Shown here: positions 63,016-64,000 of the stretch, piece after piece | Numbering within the stretch: position 1 is the first letter of the stretch | Layout of the letters: each line of letters starts with the position of its first letter | DNA from: Lama guanicoe | Taxonomy: Eukaryota | Reading direction: 5' to 3' | Length of the DNA stretch: 64,000 bases | Assembly: GCA_013239625.1 (NCBI GenBank) | Contig: MU054323.1 | Span: 5,941,220 to 6,005,219, forward strand | Notes under the pieces: model-generated | What the model was told of the DNA's origin: nothing | What the model saw: the letters and a program-made list of their open reading frames with translations, nothing else | Databases searched by the model: none | Translations under genes and position numbers: made by a program

Positions 63016-64000
63016 AAAGTTTGTGAGGGTGATCAAAAGGGAGTTCATTTTTATTTTCATGATGTTAATATTGAATAGATAAAAATAATTTTGTGGCATT
63101 GTGTAAGCCGTGAAGTGTAGTGATAAAATAAACAGTGAGCCCACCATCCAACTTAAGAGGTGCAGTCAGCTCTGCTTCCGGTGGGCCTGCGGGTTGGGCT
63201 CAGGTCTGCTCCAGATGCTCAGTAGAGGGGACAGTGTCAAAGGAGGGGACAATGGCTGTCAGGGCCCTGCCAGCCACAACCTGGGTTGGGTTGGCCCAGG
63301 CTCTGGCTCTGTGGTCCTGGAAGTTGGCAACTAGGTCTGGATGTGCAAAGACCAGAGTAGAATCAGGCTTCATAGAAAGTTTAAAAATAAAGTGGTCTGT
63401 CTGTTCACTAGCCAGGAATTCCAGAGCCCACCCCGCCGCCCTGGACTGAGCTGGACTGGCAGGATGGGAAAATGAGCCAGGACCCGTCCCTGACCTCCAA
63501 GAGCTCACACCCCAGACAGCGCATGCGTGGGGAATGGAAACGTGTCAAAGAGAACCACACCGTGCCTGAGCCAGGGGCAGGGCTGGGGATGTGGTGGGCA
63601 AGCAGACTCCACCCTAACCCGCCCGTCGGTGCCTTGGCACTGCCTTTTCTCTCCCCTCTGCCTCTGCCTTGCTGTGGCCTCTCAGACTGAGACAGCCTCT
63701 CCTGTATCTTTACCTCCTTCCTGACTGAGGGTGGCTGGCAGGGAGCCAGACAAGTCATTGTCGTGCTGAGCAAAATGCGATCCTTGGTGATGCAGGAGGC
63801 CCTCAGAGTATCTGGTGTGTCTAGGTCCCCATGACAACACTGAGGGCCTTATGTTTGGATATTCAGGAGTGTTGTGTGGGAGATGGTCTGGTTAACAGAA
63901 GCCAGGGAGCACCGGGGACTCTGGCGCCATCCACTGAGTTGTAGGTGACAAAAGAGAACTCTTCACTCCCGGAGGCTTAACACCTTCTCAGACTTGAGTC

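Noticed and set aside
1..64000. CRISPR array, operon, or phage/defence system
   Set aside because: No regularly spaced repeats with unique spacers and no gene-dense coding structure. The sequence is placental mammal DNA.

Overview
This is mammalian non-coding DNA, almost certainly from a camelid (camel, alpaca or llama). The basis for that call is two short tRNA-Ala(AGC)-derived SINEs of the vic-1 type, L1 3' ends that look artiodactyl, and no Alu, B1/B2, Bov-A/BovB or Can-SINE that I could recognise. I found no protein-coding exon, RNA gene or prokaryote-type system, and the supplied ORFs look like chance open frames in GC-rich or repeat-derived sequence. The window reads as a gene desert or a large intron. 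It carries old placental repeats (MIR, L2, L1M, MLT1 and MER21 solo LTRs, MER3, MER5, an internally deleted Tigger1) and microsatellites. Between them lie several apparently unique blocks that resemble enhancers or promoters: motif clusters at about 17.4, 21.6, 34.1, 54.2 and 57.1 kb, a small CpG island with a splice donor at about 30.1-30.4 kb, and a TATA box at 25.48 kb. Repeat family names come from my memory of consensus sequences and need RepeatMasker/Dfam confirmation, and most boundaries are approximate. I did not find a convincing novel biological system. The best leads are the candidate regulatory elements and a possible unannotated + strand transcript.
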